Positions 26,946-43,817 of a DNA stretch of 64,000 nt are shown piece after piece. The translations under genes and the position numbers were made by a program. Numbering within the stretch: position 1 is the stretch's first letter; each line of letters starts with the position of its first letter. Origin of the DNA: the human T2T-CHM13v2.0 reference genome, Homo sapiens; assembly GCF_009914755.1 (NCBI RefSeq), contig NC_060941.1; one strand, written 5' to 3'. The notes below the pieces were generated by a model. The model made no database searches and had not been told where the DNA came from. It saw nothing but the letters and a program-made list of their open reading frames with translations.

Positions 26946-29900
26946 CTGTGTCCCTGGGAAAGGAAGGGGCCATAGTCTGGAGTGGTTTCCAGGAGAAAAG
27001 AGCCAGAGTAATCTCTGCTCTTCATTTCTTAACAAGAATAGAAGACAGAATAAAGGGCACAGGGATAAAGGATTGTTAACCAGACTGGCAAATCAGTAGA
27101 CTAATTAAAAATCAAACACCTTAAAACACTGTCGCTGGGTTAATTGTAAACCAACAATGAAACATTAAAATTTGCCCAGCCCATGAGTTTGAATGATTAA
27201 CTGAGTGAGTTAATTTCAAGCCATTGGTTTGAGTAGCCGTGAAAGCTGAGGTTAGTGGAAGGGGAATCTGTGTGTTCTTTCCTGCCCAGGCCTGCCCTGG
27301 TGCCTAAGGTCTTGTGATTGTTGCTGCTGTTTGCGTTTTTAATCGAAATATCTTAAACATTTAGGCAGAACCTCACAAATGCAGCTAGATTGTGGAAAAG
27401 GACAGTGTGAATCAGCAAAGAGTAGGATTACGTATATCTTTCCAAATAGAAGAAATGCCATTCTGTTTTGCAATATCACAGAGTCCTGGTAGCAAGAAAG
27501 GGCCCTTTGGAAAGGCCTTTTGCCTTCCAGTGTTTGACCCAAGGCTGCTGTCCCATCTGTGGCCTCTGTTGCTCTCTCATGTTCTTTTCTGCCCAGAGAC
27601 CAGGTCTGGGGGTGTTATCAGGAGTTAGTCCTAAGACTGGAATGAGACTCCTGGGATTCAATGATGGCCAGTTGACCACAAGATGTTTCTGTTAGGTTTT
27701 AAGTTGAGATTCTGCTACGCCTGCTTTGATGGCTAGGTAACACTCCTCAGCACCAGGTGATGGATTTAACCTCTGTGAGCTGTGTTTCTAACCTGACTGG
27801 GCCCAGGGATCATGCTGGGAAAGTTATGGACCCTTTACCCAGAGACTTGCGCTACAACACAGCCACATACAGCTTTGCACTGAGGGTCAGGATGCACAGA
27901 TCCCTGGTGCTCAGACATGAATGGCCTTATTAGAGTGAAGAAACCCTGTGTTGAAGTCACCAAACAGCTGGACTTTAAATGTTAATGTTAATATTTCACT
28001 GTGACTTATATAGCATTTTATTTTTTCCAGAGTTCCTTACAAGACAATCTGATTTGATCCGCAGGAGAATCCTGTAAGGTCAATTATATAGTCGCTCTTT
28101 TATATATGACGCATGCAGTAGGCTCAGTATCTTCCCTGAGTGTTGCTGTTTTCTTGTTAATTTGCTAAATGGGCTTTTAAAAAGGAGATAAATGTAAATT
28201 TCAGCCCCGTAAAATAGACACATCTCAAATGCTCGTGACTCAAATTAATTAATTAAAAAACAGAATAAAACACCACTCCAGCCACAAAACATGGCAAGGT
28301 TGTAATGTTTATTCCATTCAGCCAGTTGATGGGGTAAAATTACGAGATTGGTCTGTGATAAAAATGTTTTTAACTCCAACTTAGACGTTTACAGAAAGGA
28401 GAGACTTGGGCAGTTTGTTTATTTAGAACATTGATTACTGCTTCTGCCATGTTCCTCCAATCACAAACACTTGGGAAAATTTTGGAAAACTGCAAGAACT
28501 AAGTAAAAATCCCCTCAACGCCACTATTTACCATTCAGAGATAACTGCTATGAACATTTCGGTACATTTTTTTCTGTCCTTTTTCATGGCAAAAAAAAAA
28601 AAAGGGCAAAAAATTATATAGAGACACAGGTATACACACACACACACAAATCATTGGCTAACCTGCCTTTATAACTTTATCATATTTTCCTCATTCACTG
28701 TTTTTATGTTGTGTTTTTTATTGTCTATGTGGTGTTGTGACTTACAATTATACTTTATTTGACCAAAGCCTGTTATTGAATAGTTAGCTGGTTAGTGATT
28801 TATTATTATTATTATAAGTAACATTGTGGAATATCCTTGTACATAACCCCTTAGCAACATCTCTGATCACTTCCTTAATATGTTTACCTAGAAGTGGAAT
28901 TTTGGGGTTAAAGGCTATGGATATTTTGAAGGAGATTTTACATATAAATATATATGAAAAATATATAAAGGAGCTTATATATATGAGATATATAATCTCC
29001 TTTACAATATCAAAAAATTTGTAATATATATACTTATATATAATCTCTTAAAATTTTTTTTATCTTACATTGGCCCTCCCGATAAGGAGAATGGTACTAT
29101 TTTCTAACCTCACCAAAAGTTTGAGAGATTAACTTAATTTAAAAAAAATTACTGTTTTTGTAAAAATGATGTGTTTATGGTAAACATTTTTATATGTGCT
29201 GAAGGGGAAGGCTTAATTTAAAAAGATTGGGGTTTCTTGGATCAACTTGAATTGCTTATTTTAAACAGCCCTCTTCAGTGTAGTTTGGCAAAGCTCTCTC
29301 TTTCGGGTTTATTTGTTTACTTACCTACTTATCTTCAACACACTGACCTACCCACCTGTGTATCTTATTTGGTTAACATTTATCCAAGTTTGAAGATGGA
29401 AATAGTTTTCCTCTGAATCAGAACTTTCAGTGTAACTGTTCCAAGAAACCGCCACCACAGATGTGGGAAGAGGGAAGAGAATGAGGAAGATTCCTGCTGT
29501 CTTTTTACCGCTTGGGTTTACAAATGTGGCAAATTTGGAAAATGTCAAAAAGTAGGAAAAATAAAATGAAACCTGAGATCTCACCACACAGAAATAATTA
29601 TAGTCAACATATTGATATGTTTTCTCTTTTTGGAGGAAAAAAGTTACAGATGAACAGAAATTTGAAAACAAGCTGTGCCTATTTTCTGTTTCTTTTATTA
29701 CACATTTTATTATCAATGAATACTTTCTGCTGTAAAAAATATAAATGATACAGAAACCAATAGTAGTGTTCCCCTTTCTAGAAGAAACTGTAAAAGGGTG
29801 TACTGTTCATCGCCCCTATTCACGCTTTAAAGGAGATGTCCAGCTCCAGTTGAAAATGAAGTTTTCTTACCTGGCAATCTGGTGTTTCTGAATGTGATTT

Positions 29901-30043
29901 GAAATCCGCCACCCCAATGAGAATGAGGACAGTTTTGTTTTTTTTTCCTGCCAAGAGGGATCGATCGTATTGATTAATTGACTGCAAAAATAAATTCAGA
30001 ATTATGAAAATAAAGGGCATCTGGATTTAGAATTACCAAATAT

Positions 30044-30317
30044 GGCTGGGCACAGGGGCTCACGACTGTAATCCCGACACTTTATGAAGCCAAGGCAGGT
30101 GGATCACCTTAGGTCAGGAGTTCAAGACCAGCCTGGCCAACATAGTGGTAGAGACATATCTGTCTCTGCCAAAAAATACAAAAATTAGCTGGGCGTGGTG
30201 GTGTGTGTCTGTAGTCCCAGCCACTTGGGAGGCTGAGGCACGCTTGAACCCAGGAGACGGAGGTTGCAGTGAGCTGAGATTGCGCCACTGCACTCCAGCC
30301 TGTCAAAAAAAAAAAAA
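30044..30317 (+). mobile_element. AluS with internal indels and a shortened right end
   Basis: Alu dimer; TSD aat(t/c)accaaatat. Confidence 0.92.
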
Positions 30318-30533
30318 TCACCAAATATTAGGTGTGTTAAGATCCTGGGAGATCAAATTTCACCCTCTCATTTTACAGATAAGAAAACTGAGGCCCAACA
30401 AACATTAGTAATTGCCTCACCCCAGGTCAATCAGCCAGTTAGGAACAAAACAGATTTCAGGTTCTAGTTTGTGTCCTTTTTTCTTTTTAAATGAAGATAT
30501 TGATCTATTTTTTAAAAACAAGAACAAAGGCCG

Positions 30534-31095
30534 TGTGTTAGTCTAGTTTCAGTTGCAGAGAGCTGAATCCACTCCCATCTGGTTTAAGCAGAAAGGAATT
30601 TGTTTGAGGGCATTAAAATGCTTCCAGAAATCATCAGGAGATACACGGAAACCTCTAGGTTGTGCTTTTGGGAACAGCCCTCAGAGCTATGCAGCAGATC
30701 TGGGTCTTCAAATACCTACTGTCTCTTCTGTCATCTGGAAGTCCCCACCAAATTGGGAAGATGGTGCTACAGCTGCCAGGTTCAGAACCACAGCCGCACT
30801 GTCCCCATCCGAAGGCCTCCATGGCTGCCACTGTCCTGCTGTGATCTCCAGCAAAATAGGTTCTCCATGACTAGTCAGTAGAGACAGAGGATATTGCTGC
30901 AGAATAACCTAACACCTCCCTGGCCATGTTGCCAGGGGAAATAGTTAAAGTACAGAATATACTACTTTCCCTTTCATACCTAGCTGCAAGGGAACCTGGA
31001 ATATTACTCCTTAATTTTCCAGATCCTGCATAACAGAAAGGCTTATGGCGAGGAGGTTGGACTGGATGATGGGGACCGATTTACCATGTCTACTT
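30534..31095 (-). mobile_element. Old MLT1-type LTR
   Basis: tgtgttagtctagtttcagttgcag...ggtttaagcagaaaggaattt. Confidence 0.55.
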
Positions 31096-31562
31096 AGTAA
31101 ACAGATCAAATGATAAGAAATAGACTTCAGTTCTGTGTTATGGCCATGCAAGGTAGACTGGCAGAGAAGCAAAAAACAAAAACAAAAAAGCAGCCAGACA
31201 ACTAGAGAATTGTCCAGAATTTAAGACAGACAAAGACAGAAGCTATATGCAGAAACATAGCGTCAATAGGGTGGCAGCACTACATTGTACTGTTTTAGGA
31301 TATATCATTTGAAGTCCTGTTGCATTTTTGCAACCCTAGGCATAAGTGGTATGTGGTAGTTTATACTTAATGTGACTGAAATTCAATTCAAATCCAATTC
31401 CAACTTGAGTATTGAAGTTTCCCTTTCTAGCCCTTGAACTTGTATCCTGATATTTGTCCCTAAAACTTTAACTTCCTCAATATTTTTTTCCTGCCCTTTT
31501 CCTGGTTTTATTTACCTTATACTATTGAGGAACCTACATTTTCCCTCAAAATCCAAAATTTA

Positions 31563-31878
<316 letters not shown>

Positions 31879-34000
31879 ATGCTTATCTTTGATCTAGCAA
31901 GGAGACCACTTAGCATTTATTCCATGTCCAGTTGACATTTGGGATGTGCTTTAGGCAAGATGGCAGCCAGAGCACTAGTCTTGCCTGCTATGGGAATGAT
32001 CATCTTGGTTTCCATCTCTTCAGCATCTCTAGTGAGACTTCAGGACATCCCTGAACATTCCCCATACAGATCGAACATCATTATTTGCTCTTCCTGGTCA
32101 TTGCCAGCTTGTTGGTGTGGCGGCTGAGTGCTTGGTGTTCACACAGCTCTGAGTTTAGATTTGCCTGGGTTAATGCAGCATCTTTACTAAATGGTGAGGC
32201 TTATCCACAAACATCCAGCATGACTACATTGAAAATCAGACTTATGGGAGAAGAAGGAAGAGAGCACTAGATAGAGGGTCAAAAATGGAGCGAGAGATGG
32301 CACAAAGTGTAGTGATCAGCAAATTTAAGCCTCTGACAAGCGGTGGTCAGCAGCCTTCCCAGGCCTCTAGCTAGTCAAGTAGGTCAGCCGCACTTCCCCC
32401 ATGGCTGTTTGTAAAACATTCTGCTTTGTGGTATAGAGCCAGGAGCCGAGGAGAGGAAACTCAAGAGGCAAAGATGCAGTTCTGTCTTCAGAGGCATTTA
32501 TTTTCCTATTCAGGTGGGTGAAGCCTTGCCAGGAAACAATTTCTGAGCGAGTAGAAATGGTGATGGAATACGGAGGATTGTATGCCAGGCAGCATGGAAG
32601 CCATGGGATCACGGCGTGGGGAGTGGGGCTGTGAAGCCAGCCAGAGCTTCTTGGAATAGTTGAGGGAGGAGGAGGAGGAGATGATGATGTAACATTATCA
32701 CATTCTTCTACTTAAGAATTCAATAATGACTTCAGGCAGTGTTATTAAGGCCTGCCCAGCAAGAATGGAGGCACAGAGGCCACTCTGAGTGAACATATTT
32801 GGGGGACTCTGAGATACAGCCATTTCGGGGAATGGGGAGTGGTGTTGAGTGCAAATAGGAGATAAATTTAGAGATAAAGGATGACGAGACTCCCCTGCCC
32901 CCATCCTTCTCCTTTCATTCGCGTTGCCCTTACAGGTAGATGTCTGTTCCTGTAGCCAAGGCACCCCAGGCCGCGTTAGCCGATGCTCACTCTGACCGCC
33001 CAGGAGCAGCAGGCTGAGTCAGCCTGTCCCGCCTTTGAACTTGTGTGCAGCTGCTTGCTTTAATTAGATGATATGTGGGTTCCCTTATCTTCCTGAGAGA
33101 AGATTTCTCCCTTTAGGTGATCGGCTATTGACGCCAATGTGGGATTAGAGTTCCTTCTCTCCAGTTTCCCCTCAGGCCCTGTTACAGGATGTCTGAGATA
33201 GGAAAATCACATGTTTGAACAAGTGGTGGGTGAGTTGCTTGGCAGGTCGTCAAGACTGATACCTCCAGTGCCCTTTCAGGTTGGCAAAGCACATTCACAT
33301 AGAATCTGATTTGATCCCTGGAGAACAGGTATACAATACTTTGGAAATGTCCCATTTCATAGATGAGGAAACGAAGGCTCAAAGGGATGAAAAGTCTTGC
33401 TCAGGGCCAAGTAGCCAGCAGACAGCAGGTCTGGGAACCCTATCCCGGTCTGGATCCAATTTATTGCCCTCTCCTTCAGTGCAAGCTGGTGTCCACTTGG
33501 ACTTGGTTTTCATTGCTCAAATCCCTTCTCGCCTAGGTAGGGAGCCCCTGAAGGGCACACAGTCAAATGGGCCAAGCACGGCAGGTGAGACCCTGACTTC
33601 TCATGACCCCGTGTTCTGGAGTTGGAGAAACTTCTGCTAGATTGACTGGAGATCTGGGTTTTCGGTTGTGATTTTTCCATTCTCCTAAAGGTAGACAGCA
33701 GAAATAAAAATCCTGAGGCCCACCGTTGTCTTCCTTACCCCTTTGAAGAGTTTTCTGTTTATGAGCAGCTGATTGGCTCAAACTTAGCCTTTCAGAAATA
33801 GCGTCTTCCTCTTTTGGGAAAATATGGCATCTCAGTTGCTTTCTGGACTTGAGAATATCTGCCCTTTGCCTTTGGGCAACATTTGCTGCCAAGACCTGCA
33901 TGTCAATAAGATCCCACCTTCCCCTGGGTTCCTCCCACCCCCGACCCAGGAAAGGGGAAGAACATGGTCATTCTGGGTGTCACGTTGACCTGCAAGTGCC

Positions 34001-34297
34001 TTTTTTTTTTTTTTTTGAGACGGAGTCTCGCTCTGTCCCCCAGGCTGGAGGGCAGTGGCGCGATCTCGGCTCACTGCAAGCTCCGCCTCCTGGGTTCATG
34101 CCATTCTCCTGCCTCAGCCTCCCAAGTAGCTGGGACTACAGGCGCCCGCCACCACGCCCAGCTAATTTTTTGTATTTTTAGTAGAGACGAGGTTTCACTG
34201 TGTTTACCAGGATGGTCTCGATCTCCTGACCTTGTGATCTGCCCACCTTGGCCTCCCAAAGTGCTGGGACCACAGGCGTGAGCCACCGTGCCCGGCC
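34001..34297 (-). mobile_element. AluY/Sc-like
   Basis: cactgcaagctccgcctcc...ccattctcc...ggatggtctcgatctcc diagnostic positions. Confidence 0.95.
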
Positions 34298-34871
34298 CAC
34301 AAATACTTTTTTAACCTACTTGGGATAGTCAGTTCAGAAGGAAGGAATGAGCCAAGCCTGACTTCCCTCAGGTACGAGTCTGCTAATCTTTAACTCTGAC
34401 TTGAATCAGGGCATCCACTTCTTTCCTTAGATATCCTTCTGCCCTGTTACATCACCTCATGTGTTGCATCACTGTGGCTGGCTCCACAGTTGGAATTCTG
34501 TGTCGGGGAAAGGACAGGGAATTTGGGGCTCTGCCCAGGTGAGCAGGGATTCTCCACAGTTCAGTCCAGCAAGTGTTTTTGGAAGGGAGGCCTCCTGTGC
34601 TTAGAGCTTCATGCCCCTTCACCTTCTCAGTGACCTGCCCTATGGAAGTCATCATCTTTACAACAAGGACTTCTGATATATTTGACTATATTTCCCTGGA
34701 TTCTGCAAATGGCAGAATTTGGAAAGACATGCATTCATTTGTTCCCCCTTGCTCTTCATTACTTTAAAAAAAAAAGCTAATTTGTTTTGATGAGTAGTAG
34801 AGGAGAAGGAGGATAGAACTAGATAGAACCTGTCTTCCACTCGCTCCATCCCACTTCAGAAGTGAAGGCAT

Positions 34872-35185
<314 letters not shown>

Positions 35186-35197
35186 TTATGGACATTC

Positions 35198-35774
<577 letters not shown>

Positions 35775-38148
35775 CATTTCTTGTTTATCTTCTTAATTTC
35801 TTAGTTTGCCCAAGTTTAGGGGTGTTGGCATACCAGGCTTTGAGTGTGGTCCACTGGGGAGAAGGTTCCAGAGTGAACCAGCCACCCATGAGGAAGGACT
35901 TGCCCCAAACTGAATTATCCCTCTGTGACTCTGCACCCAATGTGGAATGACTGGGACAGTAAATGAGTGGAAGCTGCATTCTTCTCACAGCGACATGGGC
36001 CCAAAATGCTACCTGTGCTAAGTGGCTGAGTTTGTGTTATATGTGAGCCATCAGCCTGCGTGTGGGGTCTGCAGTCCTCTGACAGGGTTCAGTTGCCTAC
36101 CTGGGTCTATCTCGCTTTTGCTCTTTTGCGTGTGTTCTGCAGACCGACCAGAGGTTGTTATTTCACTCTCCATCCCCTCATCAAACTCACCCACCCCAGA
36201 CCCTTCAGGAACAAAACCCTGACATCCTCCCTCATGCATTTGTTGTGATCTCGTGTGGCCCTGCTCTCAGCTCACCCCACTTCTCTTGGCTGCCAGGTTT
36301 CCGTGTTTTGAGAAAAACCTAAAAAAACTACCACCTGCCTCTACTACTCGATCTACTTTCCCCAAACCCTTCTCTGAGTCAGGGTTGAGTTTTCCCTCCC
36401 GCCCACCCTGGGCTGGGGGAGATGTGGTCTCTCACTGGTACTTTATGGAAGGGTGTCTTTATTCAATTTGACTGTTGCTATTATGTGGCGAAGCCTTCAA
36501 TAAAAGTCGTGATTTATGAGATGTGTGTGGCTGTGGTTGTTTTTTCGTTTTCTTTCTTCTTTTTTTTTTTTTTTGCTTTGTCATCTATCAGGGAGAGAAA
36601 AGCCAGGCCTGATACTTTCTTGGCATATCCTGTGTTCAGTTAAGAATGTCAGCTGTCGGCCATCAGGAAGTTACTTCTCGGATTGGCTTCTCCTCCCTTT
36701 TACCTCTCACCACAGTCCCCTCTTGAAACAGGCAGAGGCCCCTGCTGTCCTGCAGGCTGGCGATAAGGGGCCTGCTGGATGCTGTGGGGAGAGAAGTGGG
36801 GCCCCTGGAGTGGCCCCTCGCCCTCTTAACCCTCCTCAGTGGCTATGCGTTCAGCACCCGGTCAGCTCTTGATTGTTTAATAGGAAGAGGCAGGCAGTGC
36901 TCTTCCAGGGGTTTCCAGAGTTTTCTTTGTTCTCGAATACGGTGACTCCCCACCCCTCCCAACTTCTCTTTGTTTTTTGGCCTGGCCACTTTAGAAATCC
37001 TTTCTTTTCTTTCTTTTTTTTGTTTTCCTTTTCCTTTTTCTTTTCTGCAAAGTATGTGCATGTTAGATAAAGGCTCTTGAATAGAAGGCCTAGCATATTG
37101 GGTATTGGCTGCTGAAAATAGGCTAATTGGAGATAGAAGCAAGTTGTCACAGAGGTGCCGTGCTAGGGGGTGGGAGGAGGATGAACCCCAGCCAATGCCA
37201 GGATGACTGTTTCCACCTCTCCCCTCTTCCCGCTCTTATTATTAGCTGTTTGCTGAAACGCACCCACGTCTTTGTGGAGCCACCCACAATAGCATTAACC
37301 ACGTTGTGCCCTGCATCTTAAGCACCTGGTTAAGGCCCTGTTCTACGTCTGGAATTGGTCCATGCTGAGCCCCCAGAGCGTGCGTAAATCAAGTCTTTAA
37401 CCCACAGCGGGCGGCCTGGGCAGGACCGTGGAAGGTAGGCCTGCTGAACTTGAGTGGAGTGTGTGCCCCTGGGTTTCTAAGCGGCGGCTTCTGAGGCAGA
37501 GCCACCCAGACTTTCATTTTGGTTAGTAGCGGTGCTTGTCAGCAAGTTAGAAACTTGGAAGGCCCCCATCGTTCTGGCCTCCTAACAGGGAGAGTGAAGT
37601 GGGGGCAAGCTGGGGGACCTGTAAGTGCCCACTGGGATTTATTCAAAGTGAGGTCTTTAGACAGTCCTTGGTGAAATGTGCTGGACTAAAGGGTTAGTCC
37701 TTCAGCCCCCTACCCCCAAACAACCAAGTGGATGTGGGTTTTGCCTTCTAGATACCAACAGTCTAAGAGGGCAGGGGGATTCTGCTTTTGTGAGCACCTG
37801 GGTGCTTTGAATTTGGACATCTGTTACTCTTCCAGCACCAAGGGTAAAGTAGTTGGCTAGTCCTATACCTGACACCACCAGGTGTGTACCTTCTCTCACT
37901 TCTGTGTGTGCTGATGTCCCTGTTACCCATGGAGATCTTGGCATCGAGTTATCCTTCTGGCTTTCTCTCTGGTGGTCTGTCTGTGCTCCCCCATCCAGGT
38001 TCTCAGGGGGTCTTCAGCAGTCCTGGCCTGGAATTCTGGCTCCCCTGACCCCCATCTTACACATACCCCCAGCTCCCACACCAGTGGCTCTTCCTTGGCC
38101 TGACCTCCCTTTCTTTTGCCTGGAAAACCCTACCCATTTACTTCTCAA

Positions 38149-38835
<687 letters not shown>

Positions 38836-39214
38836 CTGTGTGCATCTTGCTTATCTTTGTATTTTCAGAGGCCCTGGCACTGTATTCTGCTCACAAGAAA
38901 AGGCTTGAGAAATCACTTAGGTGTAGAGTCGTGTGAGCTTATGCATTCTTTGCCTATTTTCCACGCAATTTGATTTTTAAGTTAAATTCAATAGACTATA
39001 TACTTGAGCACCACCAGTGCTTTGGGGGATGCAAAGATGAAAAGACATGGTCTCTGCCTTCAAGGAACTTAAACCTAACGGGTAAATACTTAGTGATAAT
39101 AGGAAGCAGAATGAAATGAAATGCTACTCTTCAGGAATAGTTTACATCCTGTGCAGGTGTAGAGAAAACAATAGTGTATGTGACTGAGGGGTGTTGGGGA
39201 GATGCTTTAGGATG

Positions 39215-39650
39215 GTCATTCATTCATTCAGTAAATATTTATTGCATGTCACTGAATGGCCCAGGTACTGGGAATACATCTGTGGACAAAACAGACAAAA
39301 TTCCTGACCAGAAAGCTTACTTTCTGGTAGGAGGGGGACAGGTGAGAAATAAAACAAGCAAATTATAGAATGTGCTAGAAGATGAGAGGCTGGGAGAAGG
39401 TCTAGGGAGTGCTGAGGTGTGGGCGGAATTGAAGTTTTCAATAGAGTAGTTAAGGAAGGCCTAGTGGAGATGGTGACATTTGAGCACAGACATTTGGACC
39501 AAGACTTGAGGGTCTGAGAATCGTGATAGGAGGTAAAGACAGGTGGGAGGATATTCCTGGGTGAGGGAACAGCTTGAATGAAGATCTGGGGTGTGGAAAT
39601 GTGAGCAGTGGTCAGAGACATGTGGTTGGAGCATAGAGGGTAGACAGAAC
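39215..39650 (-). mobile_element. L2 3' end
   Basis: cattcattcattcagtaaatatttattg...ggtgacatttgagcacagac. Confidence 0.85.
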
Positions 39651-40412
39651 AGGAAGATGAAGCTTCAATGTTAGTTGGGAAACTGATAACAAAGGGCTAG
39701 AAAACCCTGCTGGCAATTTTTGATGGCTCTGCGGATATCCTGCCTCCCTGATTAACATATTACCCCCTCCACCCACGAGGACAGTGGTCCCAGTTATTAC
39801 TTCTGTTCTTCCCATAGGGATTTATTCCAAGTAGCTGCTCAGAAATTGTGTTTATTAAAGGACAGTTAAAACTAAGCCAAATGTCTTACGATGAAATTTT
39901 GAGAAAGCAAAAGTCTAATAAGATCAGGTCTCTCCTTTGGGTAATTGTACCATTGGCTCTTATGCTATTTCTAGGCATCTCTTTGTGCAGACTGAGTACT
40001 CTGCTATGTCCCAGGTGTCTCAGTCCCTGTGTTTGAACATGTTCATTTGCCCTGGATTCACTTTGGGACACAGAGAAGGTTTGAGGAAGAAAGGGCCTGT
40101 GAACAGCAGGAACAGGGTGGAGGACCAAGGAGGCTTGTAGAACAGGGTCTGTGTCCAGGGAGAGGAATGCTTCATTTCCCAGCAAGGACAGAGACCCAGA
40201 GACTTAATGGCTGGACAGGAAATGAGTTGTTCTGAGCCACAGATGCCACTTGGAGAACAACTATACAAGATTATCATAGTTTTAGATGTACCCTGAGTTT
40301 TAAGAATTCAGATTTTGCCTAGGAAGAGGAGGAGGGCCTTTGGCAAGGGCAAGAAAGGCCTCTTAAAAATACATCGCCCATCAGCCTGTTTTAAGGTGGC
40401 TGTTTGGAACTA

Positions 40413-40764
<352 letters not shown>

Positions 40765-41184
40765 TCATTTCTACCCAGAAAAAACTGACATTTTAGACTC
40801 CTGCCTTTCTAAAGGCAGAGTTGACCACTACAAGCATATGGTGGTGTGCCTTGGGGGTGGTTATCATATTTATGGATAAATCTTTCAATGCCATCAGCAG
40901 CGAGGTTTACCCCCAATGAATACAACTAACCAGAGACTGCCAGGTCACTCCACGGCTTGGTGCACCCATGGGCCTGTCTGGGAGACTTGCTCACGTGGCA
41001 GCTCAGAGTTTGCTGATAGCTGCGTGTAGACTGCTGGCCCAGCAAGCACCCAGATCCATCATGGGAAGTGTGTGGCTGAGATCTGGATCCAGTGAAACTG
41101 AAAACTGACTCTTCATCCTACTAAACATCTTTGTGATATTGAACACTGTTGACCCTTCCTTTCTATTTGAAATGGCCTGACTTC

Positions 41185-41700
41185 TGTGTTATAGTTATTG
41201 TTGCTGTGGAACAAATTACCCTCAAATTTAGCAGCTTCAGGTAACAATTTTATTATGCTCATGGAGTCTCAGGTCAGAAATTTGGATGGGGCATAGCAGG
41301 GACAGCTGGTTTCTTTTTCACCTGGTGTAGGACCTCAGCTGGGAAGACTTGAAATCAAGGGGAGACATGATGGCAAGGGGCTGGAATTATCTGAAGGCTT
41401 GTTCACTCATATGTCTGGCTCCTGAACTGGGATGATTCAAAGAATGGAGCTCCTACATGTGGTCTGTCTATGTGGTTGGGCTTCCTTACAATATGGTGGC
41501 TTCAGAGGAGTGGGACTTCTTGCTTGGTGGCTCAGGGCTCCAAGTGTAAGTGTTCTAGTGAACAAGCTGGAAGCTGCAGCACCTTTTTATGACTCAGCAT
41601 TGAAATTCATGTTCATCCCTTCTTCTGTCCTCTGTTGGTTGAAGTAGTCAGAAGCTCCCTCAGACTCGAGGGGAGGGACAGAGACCAAGGAACCATGTGC
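41185..41700 (-). mobile_element. MLT1 (F-like) LTR
   Basis: tgtgttatagttattgttgctgtggaacaaattaccctcaaatttagcagctt...ggtcagaaatttggatgggg. Confidence 0.7.
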
Positions 41701-41779
41701 TGCAATTGGCAAAGCAGTTTTTCTTCCTCCTCCCCTAGTTCAGTGAGTGGTGCTTTGGGTTTCCAAAAGATGCTGGCTA

Positions 41780-43075
<1,296 letters not shown>

Positions 43076-43640
43076 AGTAGGTAATACAGACAATGGCAGT
43101 TGTCCTAGAATCTATGAATGCCAGTGGTTTCTGGCCCTTCCCTATTTTACTTGACCTTTTGACTGATTTCTTATCAAGAGTCACCAATGGTCTTTTTTAG
43201 ATATAAAGATACCCCTATCGAATCACCAGCTGTGCGTGTCCAAGTAGCCTGGAAGGGTTTGTCTGACTTCATCTAACTTCATCTTCTGATGTTCTAACTT
43301 TATCTTCTAACATCATCCTCTGATTGTGGCACTTTCTGCTTGGGTCCTCAGTGGCTGCTGAACAGAACTTTGGCCAGCTGTTCTTCGTAGGAACAAAGCC
43401 TTTTATCTTCTTAGTGCTTGTGCCCAGTGTAGCAGTGAGGAGTGTTTGGGATTACCTGAGGGGAAAGAGAGAAAACAAGTAGGGTGTCCAGGAACCTAGA
43501 ATAATCCACAGAGTAATTCAGAACAGGGAACATTCATCCAGCATTTGTCCAACCCATATTTATTGAATGCCTACCATGTGCTAGGCATTCTTTTAGGTGC
43601 TAGGAATACAGGGGTGCACCAAACAGATGCAAGTCCTTAA

Positions 43641-43817
43641 CTTCCATTCTAGAGGGTGCATTGACCACAACCCTTCTGAAGCTTCCATTCTGGAGGGTGC
43701 ATTGACCATGGTCCTCCCTTCTGAAGCCTCCATGCTGGAGGGGACATTGACCACGACCCTCCCTTCTGAAGCCTCCATGCTGGAGGGTGCATTGACCATG
43801 GCCCTCCCTTATGAAGC
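43641..43817. repeat. 45-bp minisatellite, ~4 units
   Basis: Units at 43641, 43681, 43726 and 43771: gcctccatgctggagggtgcattgaccatggccctcccttctgaa. Confidence 0.95.
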
